Source: Candidatus Thorarchaeota archaeon (GTDB lineage Archaea; Asgardarchaeota; Thorarchaeia; Thorarchaeales; Thorarchaeaceae). Taken from it: DNA of 64,000 bases. A program made the position numbers and the translations under genes. The DNA lies in assembly GCA_004524445.1 (NCBI GenBank), contig SDNP01000017.1, positions 1 to 64,000 of the forward strand. Reading direction: 5' to 3'. Every line of letters starts with the position of its first letter. The stretch's first letter is position 1. Of this stretch, positions 10,094 to 20,128 are shown one piece after another. Below the pieces are notes generated by a model that made no database searches, was not told where the DNA came from, and worked only from the letters and a program-made list of their open reading frames with translations.

Positions 10094-10200
10094 CGTCTAA
10101 TACCTACCACAAATTCTCTGAGATTCTGATTGAAGGGAATGAAATTCAGTTTTCTCTATAGTACGCATTCATTCATCTCACTATTAGTTTCTTCGACTTT

Positions 10201-10593
10201 CTAAGATGCTCTGCGGATAGCCAATAAATCTTCAATGAAAAGAAGTCCAAAAATCAAGTCACCCAGAACCACTCCTACTAAGATAAGAGATGCTTCTCCT
10301 ATCAAAAAGTAGGAAATTCCGATTACAAACACCCAAACCTTCTCGAAAGCTGCAATTTTCACGAGCCCATGGTTCTTTGCAGGATTCAAGCTAACGAGAT
10401 AGAATCCAATTCCAAAGGCAAAAACAAGCCCCATGAAGCAGTCGAACCATAGGAGGGTTGGAGGAATGGTATCGCCAGCAAGCGAGAAATAGCTTATGTC
10501 AATTCGAGGAAGCACTAAAAATGTAATGGCAAGCACCCAATTCCAAATGGCTGCAAAAGAGTACATCAATCTGTGATATTTCGCCCGGTTCAT
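10201..10593 (-). CDS. Hypothetical 4-TM membrane protein
   Basis: ATG at 10593 (MNRAKYH); four hydrophobic helices. Confidence 0.7.
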   Translation of the reverse strand: MNRAKYHRLMYSFAAIWNWVLAITFLVLPRIDISYFSLAGDTIPPTLLWFDCFMGLVFAFGIGFYLVSLNPAKNHGLVKIAAFEKVWVFVIGISYFLIGEASLILVGVVLGDLIFGLLFIEDLLAIRRAS

Positions 10594-10718
10594 GTCAATC
10601 ACGATTTGACAGGGAAAATTCGCACCTAATATTTCCAACGTAAACTTGCGACAAGTCCCAAAAACCATAATGCCTATAGTCGGGGGGCACCTCTATTGAA
10701 CGGCAGGAGAATCACAGA

Positions 10719-11243
10719 TTGACTACAGATAAGGAGTTAATGAAGAGAGTAGAAACCCAACTCAAGAAAAGCTTTGAGGCAGTGGGTAGCTGCGAGTTGT
10801 TCATGGACCCGGACATGATTAAGGAGAAGGTTATAGAGTCAGCAAAGGAATTGGCAAGACCTGTGATTGAGTCCTGGGAACAATACCCAGAGATGATTGG
10901 CGAAGTATCCATTGAAAAACCACTCCCATCAGCATCGAAGAGAACTGTACTTGTTGAGATTGTTAGTGACCGTCCCACCCTCAAAGAAGTTTATCGACTG
11001 AAACGGTATGCTGAGGTCATAACTCCGGATTATTCATTTTTCATCTCAGAGAAACCATTTGATGACGAAATCAAGCTCTTCCTACGGGAAAACACACATG
11101 TTCTGAAATATTTGATAGAGGGGGCCACCGCATTCTCGGGATCGAAGCCAATTGTGGCTATGAGTCTGGAGGAGGACAATCTAGTACGAGATGAAGATAT
11201 GAGCCCTGCAGACCCGTTCGACCCAAAACATATGTGGACATAG
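10719..11243 (+). CDS. Hypothetical protein
   Basis: 174-aa ORF preceded by AGGAG. Confidence 0.65.
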   Translation: MTTDKELMKRVETQLKKSFEAVGSCELFMDPDMIKEKVIESAKELARPVIESWEQYPEMIGEVSIEKPLPSASKRTVLVEIVSDRPTLKEVYRLKRYAEVITPDYSFFISEKPFDDEIKLFLRENTHVLKYLIEGATAFSGSKPIVAMSLEEDNLVRDEDMSPADPFDPKHMWT

Positions 11244-11276
11244 CTCATTTGCGAATGAGCAGTAGGAGGTTTTCCC

Positions 11277-11435
11277 ATGGAAGAATCAAAACCAAAGAAT
11301 CTTCGCGATGAGTATGTAAACGCAAAAATGAAGAAAAAATGGATAATGGGGTCTCTCAATAAATTGACCCATGAGCAAGTAGACCTGCTCTATGGAATGA
11401 TAAAAAGATGGATGAAAGAGACCGAAACCTGCTAA
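11277..11435 (+). CDS. Small hypothetical protein (52 aa), not in the ORF track
   Basis: AGGAGGT at 11264-11270; MEESKPKNLRDEYVNAKMKKKWIMGSLNKLTHEQVDLLYGMIKRWMKETETC. Confidence 0.65.
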   Translation: MEESKPKNLRDEYVNAKMKKKWIMGSLNKLTHEQVDLLYGMIKRWMKETETC

Positions 11436-11469
11436 TACCTTGCAGAGTCCCAGCCTCTTCATTGCGCTA

Positions 11470-14391
11470 TTATTGTTTTGTCCAAATATCAGAGGTCACT
11501 AGATTCGCTGCTGAATCATACTCAAAGCCAGTCCCAGAGAGGCTGCTCACAGTAAATGTGTAATCTCCGGTAGGCAAGAACTGGTTCGGTCTGAAGTAAT
11601 AGGTAAAAACGACTTCACCGTTCGAGTCAGTAACTCCTGTATAGCTCTCGATTGAGCCATCGGGTAATAACAAATCGCCATCAATAGTTACACCCTCGAT
11701 TGCAGAGCCAAATTCATCTGCTACCTTTACAGTAATGTCCAGGTATTCTGTCCGGCCATTAGCTGAATATCTGGTTGAGAAGGAGATACTTGATACATGC
11801 ACTTTTGTAGTTGAACTCTGACCGGCATTACTTTCTCCAGGGGTTGGTGAAGTAAAGGTGGTCCATGTGGATCCACCGTCGGTCTCACGACCATAACTGA
11901 CATCATCAGAAGAGGATGAGTAGCTGTAGGAGTCTAGAACAGTTGTCCCATCCGGCTTGAGGAAGTTCACAGTGTCGCCGTCATTGTTCAAAGCTATACC
12001 AGTTACACCTTGATAGAACACTACGAAGCCATATGCTGGGATTGTTGTTCCATCAGGGATGGCATAAGCTCCAGTTCCACCTGAGGTGATGTCATCCAAG
12101 ATATAGCCGGAGATGTCTACTTGAGTGTCAGATGGATTGTAGAGCTCGATCCATTCCTCACTGTATAAGGTATAGGGGTCTGGAAGGAACTCGTTCAATA
12201 GCACCACATCTCCACTCCCAGAAGTGCCGCCATTTGATTCTCCAGGGGTTGGTGAAGTAAAGGTAGTCCAAGTAGACCCGCCATCGGTCTCGCGTCCATA
12301 ACTGACGTCATCAGAAGAGGATGAGTAGCTGTATGAGTCTTGTACAGTTGTCCCATCGGGCTGGATGAGATTTGCTGTGTCTCCTGCATTATTCAAACCA
12401 ACCCCAGTAGTTCCCTGATAGAATACTAGGAAACCCTTTCCGGGAATGGTTGTGCCGTCCGGTATTGTGTACGGATTAGTCCCCCCATCTGTGATATCAT
12501 CCAAGATGTACCCAGATAGGTCGGCATCCAAGTCTTGTGGATTGTATAGCTCAATCCATTCTTCACTATACAGGGTGAAAGGATCCGGCAGAAACTCGTT
12601 GAGTACGACAAGAGTGGCACTTCCACCCTCGTTTGTGGTTGCAGCAGCAGGGTCAGATTTTGGCCCCTCATTCAGGCTTGTATCACGAGCCGAAACCTCG
12701 TAAGTGTATGTCGTACTGGGCTCAAGTCCAGTATCACTGTAGAGGGTATCATATACTTGTGCAATAAGAGCACCATCTCTGTACACACGGTAATGAGAAA
12801 GATCGGTTTCTGTGTTAGCGTCCCAAGACAAGTCGATTTGTGACATGCTCACAGTCGTTGCAGTCAGACCTGTGACTTGAGCTGGCGGAGTAGTATCTGG
12901 TTCGGATGTTGAATTCCAACTGACAAAGAGGTCAACAGAATAGTGGTCCGAACCTGTATCCGCGGTGGGTGTATCGCCACAAGTTGAATTAATCAGCTTG
13001 TCATTGAAATATGAATTGACTATCATGAAGTCGATTCTCGATGTATATTGCGTGTCTTGATGTCCGTAGGTATAACCGGGATCTGTGGGATTTAGTGTCC
13101 TGAAGACGTCCGTGAAGGTATGTACAGTGGATGAATATTGTCCATAAGTTGGATCTGATGGGTACATCTTCATCGTCATGGGTCCATAGCCTAAGTCGCC
13201 CATCGGGGCTAAGTCGCCGGTATCATCAGGAGAGAATGAATTGAGGTCACCCATGTACATAATGGGAACATTGCCAAGGTTATCCATGTAATTGATGATT
13301 CCCTCCGTTTCTCGTTCTCGCCTCCATTCATTTTCTGAACCTGACATTGCCTTCAAATGCGAACCAAAGACATGGACAACGGTTCCGTCAATATCCAACA
13401 CTGCCTCCACAAAGTCGTGAGTGACATCATAATCAGACCCATCATCAAGAGGAACAAGGGGGATTTGGTTGAACTCTAAGACAGGATATCTGCTCAGAAT
13501 GGCCTCTCCGCTGGTTGAGTAGGTGATATCTTGAGCACAATAGCCAGTATATGGTACTTCGTCTGTGAAGTACGAATTGAACTCATTGACGACATCGCTC
13601 AGGAGTTGGTTGCCATTATCATCCCAAGTACCCGTTTCTACAACAATAAGAATATCTGGATTTTCTTCCTTTACCACTTGTTTCCAATCCTCATTTGCCC
13701 CAGATGCTTCAATATTGTACGTCATTACCTTGAAGGCGTCACTGATTGGTTCCTGGGAGCCCGTATTGTCGATGGTCACAGTGTTGGTATCAGACCCAGT
13801 TAGACCACCAGTATCAGTGGCTTCTGCGAATATCTCGTGTGTGCCATCTGCATAACCAGTAGTGTCCCAATTGTAGGTGGATGCCGAGGCAACAAAAGTT
13901 CCATCAATGTATATATCTGGAGTGAGTGTTTCCTCATCATTTACGGATATAGTGATGCTTACAGTTCCAGAAACAGTTGAACCATCAACGGGATTCGTAA
14001 TGGTGACTGAAGGAGCAAGATTTTCGCCACTGTTGTCAACTGTGACCAAGATGGAGTCTTCACCCCAATTCTTTGAATTGTCTCTTGCCCTACATGTTAT
14101 GGAGTGGTCACCATCTGACTCTACAGTAGTGTCCCAGTCGTAGGTCTGGTCTTCGTAATAGAGTTGTCCATCTATAAGAATCTCATACCCTACGACCGGA
14201 TTCTCATCAGTGGCTGAAAACGTGATTGTGACAATCCCAGACACTATTTCACCATCGCTTGGATTGGTGATAGTGACCGATGGTGGTGTTGTATCCTTCG
14301 GAGGCCTGGCTGCAAATGTTGGTGAAACTATAGCTAGACCTATGAGAAGGAATGATACTGCAAAGAATAGAGTGAACTTATGAAATTTCAA
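11470..14391 (-). CDS. Secreted multidomain EEP nuclease/phosphatase (2x Ig-like, EEP, Fn3, 2x lamin-tail domain, Ig-like)
   Basis: Signal peptide; MTYNI, GDLNS, SRIDF, GSDHY; Fn3 YSDTGLEPSTTYTYEV; LTD VLNEFLPDP..EEWIELYN twice. Confidence 0.85.
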   Translation of the reverse strand: MKFHKFTLFFAVSFLLIGLAIVSPTFAARPPKDTTPPSVTITNPSDGEIVSGIVTITFSATDENPVVGYEILIDGQLYYEDQTYDWDTTVESDGDHSITCRARDNSKNWGEDSILVTVDNSGENLAPSVTITNPVDGSTVSGTVSITISVNDEETLTPDIYIDGTFVASASTYNWDTTGYADGTHEIFAEATDTGGLTGSDTNTVTIDNTGSQEPISDAFKVMTYNIEASGANEDWKQVVKEENPDILIVVETGTWDDNGNQLLSDVVNEFNSYFTDEVPYTGYCAQDITYSTSGEAILSRYPVLEFNQIPLVPLDDGSDYDVTHDFVEAVLDIDGTVVHVFGSHLKAMSGSENEWRRERETEGIINYMDNLGNVPIMYMGDLNSFSPDDTGDLAPMGDLGYGPMTMKMYPSDPTYGQYSSTVHTFTDVFRTLNPTDPGYTYGHQDTQYTSRIDFMIVNSYFNDKLINSTCGDTPTADTGSDHYSVDLFVSWNSTSEPDTTPPAQVTGLTATTVSMSQIDLSWDANTETDLSHYRVYRDGALIAQVYDTLYSDTGLEPSTTYTYEVSARDTSLNEGPKSDPAAATTNEGGSATLVVLNEFLPDPFTLYSEEWIELYNPQDLDADLSGYILDDITDGGTNPYTIPDGTTIPGKGFLVFYQGTTGVGLNNAGDTANLIQPDGTTVQDSYSYSSSSDDVSYGRETDGGSTWTTFTSPTPGESNGGTSGSGDVVLLNEFLPDPYTLYSEEWIELYNPSDTQVDISGYILDDITSGGTGAYAIPDGTTIPAYGFVVFYQGVTGIALNNDGDTVNFLKPDGTTVLDSYSYSSSSDDVSYGRETDGGSTWTTFTSPTPGESNAGQSSTTKVHVSSISFSTRYSANGRTEYLDITVKVADEFGSAIEGVTIDGDLLLPDGSIESYTGVTDSNGEVVFTYYFRPNQFLPTGDYTFTVSSLSGTGFEYDSAANLVTSDIWTKQ
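11830..12610 (-). repeat. Intragenic tandem duplication (405-bp period) encoding two LTD domains
   Basis: tccaggggttggtgaagtaaaggt at 11836 and 12241; identical peptide YSYSSSSDDVSYGRETDGGSTWTTFTSPTPGESN. Confidence 0.85.
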
Positions 14392-14587
14392 ATGCTTATC
14401 CTCCCGACTGGCGTACGCGAATTAAATTCCGCTGGACGGGAAAAAGCATAGTGGGTAATAAGTGTTCTTTACAATATCCCAAATGGATCGATAACCCAGC
14501 TGTGGACATGCAGATTAGTGCTCCAAAGGATCTACTGCAGCCGAGCAACTCAAATAGGTTAAGCTATTCTGGTAGAAACGAGTTCCA

Positions 14588-15064
14588 ATGTTCAAGACTA
14601 TTATTGTATACGAGAGCGTGTATGGTAACACTAAACACATTGCTGAAGAAATAGGTAAAGGAGTCGACACGCCTGGAAACATTCAAGTTGAAGTTGTCAA
14701 GCCGAGTGAGATTCATACCGATCAGCTGCTTGACTATGATGCGATTCTCCTCGGATGCCCAAACCATAACCAAAAGCCTGCCAATAACCTTGTCAAATTC
14801 ATAGAGAGGGCATCAATAGTCCACCCCGAATGCAAAATAGGAGCTGCATTCGATACGTATACAGGAGGTAACAAGGGTGTTGCATTGAACAAACTTGAGA
14901 AGATTATTAAAGATAAGCTGCCGGGCATCGAGTTTGTGATGTCAGGGCTTTCATGCAAGGTCGAGGGCCGAAAGGGACCTTTGGCGGAGGGGGAGAAAGA
15001 GCAAGCATTTGAATTTGGAGTGCGCTTCGCCAAGAAATTGCAGGAAGATCTTGAAGCTAGTTAG
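14588..15064 (+). CDS. Flavodoxin-family protein
   Basis: VYESVYGNTKHIAEEI, LLGCPNH, AAFDT. Confidence 0.9.
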   Translation: MFKTIIVYESVYGNTKHIAEEIGKGVDTPGNIQVEVVKPSEIHTDQLLDYDAILLGCPNHNQKPANNLVKFIERASIVHPECKIGAAFDTYTGGNKGVALNKLEKIIKDKLPGIEFVMSGLSCKVEGRKGPLAEGEKEQAFEFGVRFAKKLQEDLEAS

Positions 15065-15163
15065 TAGGGGGATGGCAGACATAATATTTTGTATTCACAC
15101 TAATTAGCTCTATATAGCAAAAGGGGTACTATAGCTCCGTAGTACAATCCGGGAGGTGTATGT

Positions 15164-15493
15164 GTGAAATCCAGTGCGCTTGCCACCACAGCATTGAATT
15201 CTCAACCAGGATGCGACCAATCCAGTTGCATCATCTTCTACAGGAGCGACTACTGTTTCTTTTGTGATGCTGCACATGAAATCCTATCGGACACCTTGAC
15301 TCAATTTGGCATGTCAAAGGACTCGGTGACGGAAATAGATGTAGGACAAAACGAGGAGAGTGTGTATGAGCGGGAGATTCTTGGGCTCCCGACGATTACA
15401 ATTTGCCAGGAGAAGATTCTAGGTCTTCCTGACAAAGGAGTAGTCAGAGATGCATTAATGAAAGCAATGCTACGCGATTGCTTCCGAGAATAG
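15164..15493 (+). CDS. Thioredoxin/glutaredoxin-like protein
   Basis: CFFC motif and GLPTI cis-Pro loop. Confidence 0.75.
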   Translation: MKSSALATTALNSQPGCDQSSCIIFYRSDYCFFCDAAHEILSDTLTQFGMSKDSVTEIDVGQNEESVYEREILGLPTITICQEKILGLPDKGVVRDALMKAMLRDCFRE

Positions 15494-15614
15494 AAGTTCC
15501 AAAGATCCATGAACCTTGGGGAACATATCTAGTTTCACAAGTGGGAAAGCTATCTCTTCCAGGATGTTTGGCAACTAATTTCGCCTGAGAGTATTCAGGG
15601 TCTGACGATTTGGC

Positions 15615-15802
15615 CTACTTATTGCTTGCTCTCATGGTTTCCTCAATGCCAGTTATTGCAGCAGCAACAGCTGAAATAGCAAATGCGGCACTGACCAGAC
15701 CATTGCCTAATACAGCACTCCCAATGGCAATCAGTATGAAAATATAGGAAAAAAGAGCGCCCCACGACGAATCTGATTTTTCTGTTTTTTCTGTTCGGTC
15801 AT
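15615..15802 (-). pseudogene. Small 2-TM gene with a 1-nt frameshift in an A-tract
   Basis: AAGGTGA SD and ATG at 15802; adding one A in CAGAAAAAACAG joins the start to an open 2-TM frame ending at 15615. Confidence 0.4.
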
Positions 15803-15926
15803 ATTCTATATCACCTTGATATGAAGGAATAATAAGAATATGAGGTTTTCAGATGAGTCTGCCTTGGCAGATGTCTTATGTCTATTACCATAGGTGGATA
15901 GACGCATTTCATTATGATGCTGTGAC

Positions 15927-16382
15927 TCAGAAATCCACTCTCAGAGTTTCCCACCTAACCCTGCCGGCCTCCACTGCCTCTTTGATTCTCTTCTCAGTCC
16001 TGTTCAAGCGGGCACTACCAGTCTTAATATCCGCCAAGACCACAGTTATTGGCCTGCCTGAGTTCTTATCCTTCACTTCAGTGTAGCCATCAAAGATCAG
16101 GTAATCAATGGGCGATCCAATGAATCTTGCATCCGATGGGTCGTAGGTGAAGACATCACTCAGCATCGGAACCATGTGCTCGGCAATTTTACCCTTGAGA
16201 ACATACCGGCTTCTGTTTGCGGCATCCTTCCTGACACTCGACTCCTGTTCAGCCCAGAGTATTTGGAATTCGGACTCCACTTGGGATATGCGATGACGTA
16301 AACGAATCTGCATGATGAGGTATACGAAAAGGGAAATCAGCAGTCCAATTCCCAGGCCGATTAGAATGTCGTCGAATGCCAT
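15927..16382 (-). CDS. Membrane-anchored Holliday-junction-resolvase-like endonuclease
   Basis: KGKIAEHMVP, DARFIGSPIDYLIFDG, DIKTG. Confidence 0.9.
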   Translation of the reverse strand: MAFDDILIGLGIGLLISLFVYLIMQIRLRHRISQVESEFQILWAEQESSVRKDAANRSRYVLKGKIAEHMVPMLSDVFTYDPSDARFIGSPIDYLIFDGYTEVKDKNSGRPITVVLADIKTGSARLNRTEKRIKEAVEAGRVRWETLRVDF

Positions 16383-16692
16383 ACTATACTATAGGTATGC
16401 CAGTATATATTGTCAGGTAATAGTGGAGTATCCCCCCTATGATATCTGGATATACATAGCAGTGAGCAACTGCAGGCACGAAGGAACAGAGTGTCTTGCC
16501 AGTATCCATCTCCGGGAATCTCTTTACTTGACCTGGGAAGCGTCAATGGGTTTTCAGGCAGGAGTAAATGATAACAAGCATTCCACATAATCAACGATAT
16601 CTGAAATCAACGAATTTCTTAATTCCGCCCTGAGAAAGACTAATTACACCTTTTAGAGGATTCTTCAATTTAATGGCAGCTACTAGGAGAGA

Positions 16693-17115
16693 GTGCGACC
16701 AATGAGGAATCAAACAAAACTCATTATCATTGGAGCGATCATAATGGTACTTCTTTCTAGTGTCATTGTCTATGCTCTTGTTGATGATGTTAAGGGGCCT
16801 TTGCTCTATCAGGTGGATATCCTGCCTCAGTCGCCTGTTGTGGGGGACATCGTCAGCGTCGCAGTCTATTGCATTGATCCCTCAGGAGTTTCAGGTGCCA
16901 AATTACACTACACCCTTGACGGGGATACCTGGAATACAAAGGAGATGCAATTCTTAGCATGTCTTTGCATAGCTGGAGGAAGATGGACTGCGTCTTTCGG
17001 TCCCCTTGAATCAGGCGACACGCCTAAATTCTATGCCACGGTATTTGATGACTCTCCCTTCAAAAATCCTGAGGACAGCGATGTATTCACTCTTGAGATT
17101 GAAGACTCAGAATAA
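16693..17115 (+). CDS. Membrane-anchored extracellular beta-sandwich protein
   Basis: N-terminal TM, DPSGVSGAKLHY, CLC motif. Confidence 0.7.
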   Translation: MRPMRNQTKLIIIGAIIMVLLSSVIVYALVDDVKGPLLYQVDILPQSPVVGDIVSVAVYCIDPSGVSGAKLHYTLDGDTWNTKEMQFLACLCIAGGRWTASFGPLESGDTPKFYATVFDDSPFKNPEDSDVFTLEIEDSE

Positions 17116-17324
17116 TGGTGATTGACATGAAACTACAGATTATACTAAATATGGTCATACTGATTCTTGGTCTCGTGGTGGCAATAGCACCATGGACCTT
17201 CGCGCCAGTATGTATCATCGAAATGAGATGCTGGCTAACTCGTGACGTGGAAACCGTTCTGGGAATAGCCATTGCTGTATTGGCATTAGTAGGGATGTAC
17301 AAAGGTATGGAAGAGCAGCTATGA
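17115..17324 (+). CDS. DUF4418-like small membrane protein
   Basis: APWTFAPVC..MRCWLT between two TM helices. Confidence 0.65.
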   Translation: MVIDMKLQIILNMVILILGLVVAIAPWTFAPVCIIEMRCWLTRDVETVLGIAIAVLALVGMYKGMEEQL

Positions 17325-17338
17325 AGTAGGATCTCAGA

Positions 17339-17806
17339 ATGAACTCTCAACAACGAACCCTTCTTCAGGTAGTCTTTGTAATCGTAGGAATCATTGGTAT
17401 CTATACCTTCACTTCAGTTGCTGCGCCTGTTCGGCACTATTGTTCCTGGACGGGGCTAGAAATAAAGGAAAGAATTGGTCACGAGGTGACATTCACATAC
17501 TTCAACGGATCAGTGGATTATTACTGCTGTGTCAACATATCCCTTTTGGCATTCCAGAGACTTGTAGAGGAAAACAGCTTGAATCTTATTGAAGAAATTC
17601 ATGTCCGGTGTCCGATGTGCGGCATGTTGATGGCTTGGGACGATCCCATGATTGTCTGGGTGTTATCAAAAGAATATACCAATCCGACTACGAACGAAGT
17701 CACAATAGTACCTCTTTGCGAGGATGTGGAGGCAGAGGATCTTTGTGAGAGCCATTTTTTGGATGTCTATGGTGGAGTAATCATTGAGAACCCATTCGAT
17801 TTCTAG
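17339..17806 (+). CDS. NosL/TRASH-like metal-binding membrane-anchored protein
   Basis: HYCSWTG, YYCC, CPMCGM, C..HF..YGG. Confidence 0.55.
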   Translation: MNSQQRTLLQVVFVIVGIIGIYTFTSVAAPVRHYCSWTGLEIKERIGHEVTFTYFNGSVDYYCCVNISLLAFQRLVEENSLNLIEEIHVRCPMCGMLMAWDDPMIVWVLSKEYTNPTTNEVTIVPLCEDVEAEDLCESHFLDVYGGVIIENPFDF

Positions 17807-17822
17807 ATGAGGTGTTTGCATA

Positions 17823-18233
17823 ATGAAGAAATCTTCTATCCCCGTTCTTGTTCTGCTTTTTTCATTAATGTTCAATCTAGGATTCTTCATTGCATATACT
17901 CTTGGCAATCATGTAAGCACAGGGTGGTCGCTGGTTGATATAGGCCCAGCAGTGATTCAGGACTCCTATTATGGTGGAGCAATAGCATTGGAGTCGCCAT
18001 TTGGGATGATTGGAGTGGTGCCAGGTGGCTATTCACCATATTTTGGCAATCCGCTTCAAAATCCGAGCTATCTACCTTATTCTCAGTGGATTGACAGCCG
18101 AGTACCAATTGAACTAGCGAACCCGTCAGTCGACATGAATATGCTTTTGGTGGCAGTGATTCTACTTGTCATTCCCATTTTCTTGGTCTATGCGATAGGG
18201 AGGAGGTCCTATGGGGCTACAAAAGCACAGTAA
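17823..18233 (+). CDS. Hypothetical 2-TM protein
   Basis: SD GAGGTG; TM at both ends; overlaps the permease start. Confidence 0.65.
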   Translation: MKKSSIPVLVLLFSLMFNLGFFIAYTLGNHVSTGWSLVDIGPAVIQDSYYGGAIALESPFGMIGVVPGGYSPYFGNPLQNPSYLPYSQWIDSRVPIELANPSVDMNMLLVAVILLVIPIFLVYAIGRRSYGATKAQ

Positions 18234-19425
18234 TCTCGCAGGATACGCACTCGGAAATATCTTGAAACATAAGACAAAGACGGTTGCATTACTGATAGCC
18301 TTGATTACATCGACCTTTCTTCTCGCGTCAACAGAATTTATTCGCGAGGGAGTGGTTAGAGATGTAAATTCATCACTAGAGGAAGGGCCTGATATTGTTG
18401 TGCAGAGATTGGTCGGAGGTAGACAGGTGGCCGTCCCCCATAGTTGGGTTGACAATGTATCAAAGACTGCGGGAGTCCAGCTAGCTTCACCGCGGGTCTG
18501 GGGATACTCGGATATCGGAACCGGTAGTTTGCTCACAGTGATGGGCGTGAATGCTTCAGATTATGGAGAAGCATATGGAGCAGTGGGAACCAATATTCTC
18601 GAGAGCGGCAGATTTCTTAGGGAGAATGATACAAACAGAATGGTTGTTGGAAAGGGGATTGTTGATCTAATGGCAGCATCCCATTCTAGCCTCCATGTAG
18701 AAGTTGGGTCCAATCTATCATTAATCTCCTATGATGGCAGATTGATCAATTTCCAGATAGTAGGCATTTTTACTTCAGAGTCGAAGATTTTCAGTTATGA
18801 TTTGATTTTGACTGACTTGGAGAGCGCAAGAAGTGTAATTGGAGGTGAGAATTCCACCTTTACAGATATTGCCGTGTGGACTGAACTCGGGGCACCTCTC
18901 AATGATGTGGCATTCCGACTCGACACTAGGATGCCAGATGCCAGAGTATTGACACGGGACGGAATTTCAGATTCGATGCTAAAGGTATATGGTGGACGAG
19001 CTGGTATAATCGCTATTCTATGGGCAATCATCCTCGTGATTGTGGTCCTACTGGCCTTGACTGTGTCAAGTGGAGGGTCAGATGAATCAAGGAGAGAAGT
19101 AGGGCTTCTGAAGGCACTAGGATTTGACACTGTGGATGTTATAGAAATACGAATGTTCGAGAGTACATTCGTGGGTTTGCTTGGAGGAAGTATTGGTCTC
19201 TCAGCGTCAATAGTATTCGATTTCATTCTTGGGGCGCCTGTACTATCAGGATATTTGCTCGGATGGAATCTGCTACTCTTGAATGGTGGTATTCCTCTAA
19301 GCTTTTCCCCACAAATCCTGTTCATCGTGTATTCAATGTCTGTCATCCCTATCCTAGTTGCAACTGTTTTGCCAGCATGGAGAAATGCAATCATTGAACC
19401 AGATTCGGTTCTGCGGGGGGTCTAG
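18211..19425 (+). CDS. FtsX/LolE-like ABC permease
   Basis: RREVGLLKALGF, LPAWRNA, large extracellular loop. Confidence 0.9.
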   Translation: MGLQKHSNLAGYALGNILKHKTKTVALLIALITSTFLLASTEFIREGVVRDVNSSLEEGPDIVVQRLVGGRQVAVPHSWVDNVSKTAGVQLASPRVWGYSDIGTGSLLTVMGVNASDYGEAYGAVGTNILESGRFLRENDTNRMVVGKGIVDLMAASHSSLHVEVGSNLSLISYDGRLINFQIVGIFTSESKIFSYDLILTDLESARSVIGGENSTFTDIAVWTELGAPLNDVAFRLDTRMPDARVLTRDGISDSMLKVYGGRAGIIAILWAIILVIVVLLALTVSSGGSDESRREVGLLKALGFDTVDVIEIRMFESTFVGLLGGSIGLSASIVFDFILGAPVLSGYLLGWNLLLLNGGIPLSFSPQILFIVYSMSVIPILVATVLPAWRNAIIEPDSVLRGV

Positions 19426-19429
19426 AAAA

Positions 19430-20104
19430 GTGGTGCTTGCCCGGGCAGAGAATGTATGGAAGATTTACAATAGTGGAGAGCCCCATGAAGTTTCCGCGTT
19501 GAGAGGGGTTTCTCTAAACATTGAGAGGGGGAGGGCTACCGCATTAGGAGGGCCAAGCGGTTCGGGAAAAACAACACTACTGAGTCTAATAGGTCTCTTG
19601 AGTAAACCCACAAAAGGAAACATATTCATAGAAGACCAAGAGTATTCAATCCTTTCAGAAGTCTACCGTACCAAAATACGTAGAGAGAAAATCGGATTCA
19701 TCTTTCAGTCGGAGTATCTGATGCCTCAGTTGACAACCATTGAGAATGTTGCTCTACCAAAGCTGGCTACAGACACACCTCGGTCAGTTGCAGAATCCAA
19801 AGCCAAGGAACGACTAATCGAGCTTGGGATGGAGAAGCGTCTCAATTTCCGAGTTGCGGAGTTGAGCGGCGGGGAACGTCAACGAGTCAGTATTGCCAGA
19901 GCCATGATAAATGATCCAGACCTTCTGATTGCTGATGAGCCAAGTAGTTCCATAGACCAAGAATTAACATTGGAGGTGCTTGAACTCCTCCGAAGTATGA
20001 TGAAACAGAATGCATTGACTGTGATAGTTGCGTCCCATGATCCGCTCGTCCTCGAATGGGCAGACGTAAAATACATGATGGAAGATGGGTCGATTATTAC
20101 ATGA
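19430..20104 (+). CDS. LolD-type ABC ATP-binding protein
   Basis: GPSGSGKT, LSGGERQR, IADEP; GTG start at 19430. Confidence 0.9.
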   Translation: MVLARAENVWKIYNSGEPHEVSALRGVSLNIERGRATALGGPSGSGKTTLLSLIGLLSKPTKGNIFIEDQEYSILSEVYRTKIRREKIGFIFQSEYLMPQLTTIENVALPKLATDTPRSVAESKAKERLIELGMEKRLNFRVAELSGGERQRVSIARAMINDPDLLIADEPSSSIDQELTLEVLELLRSMMKQNALTVIVASHDPLVLEWADVKYMMEDGSIIT

Positions 20105-20128
20105 AAATGCATTTGCATATATTCGAAT

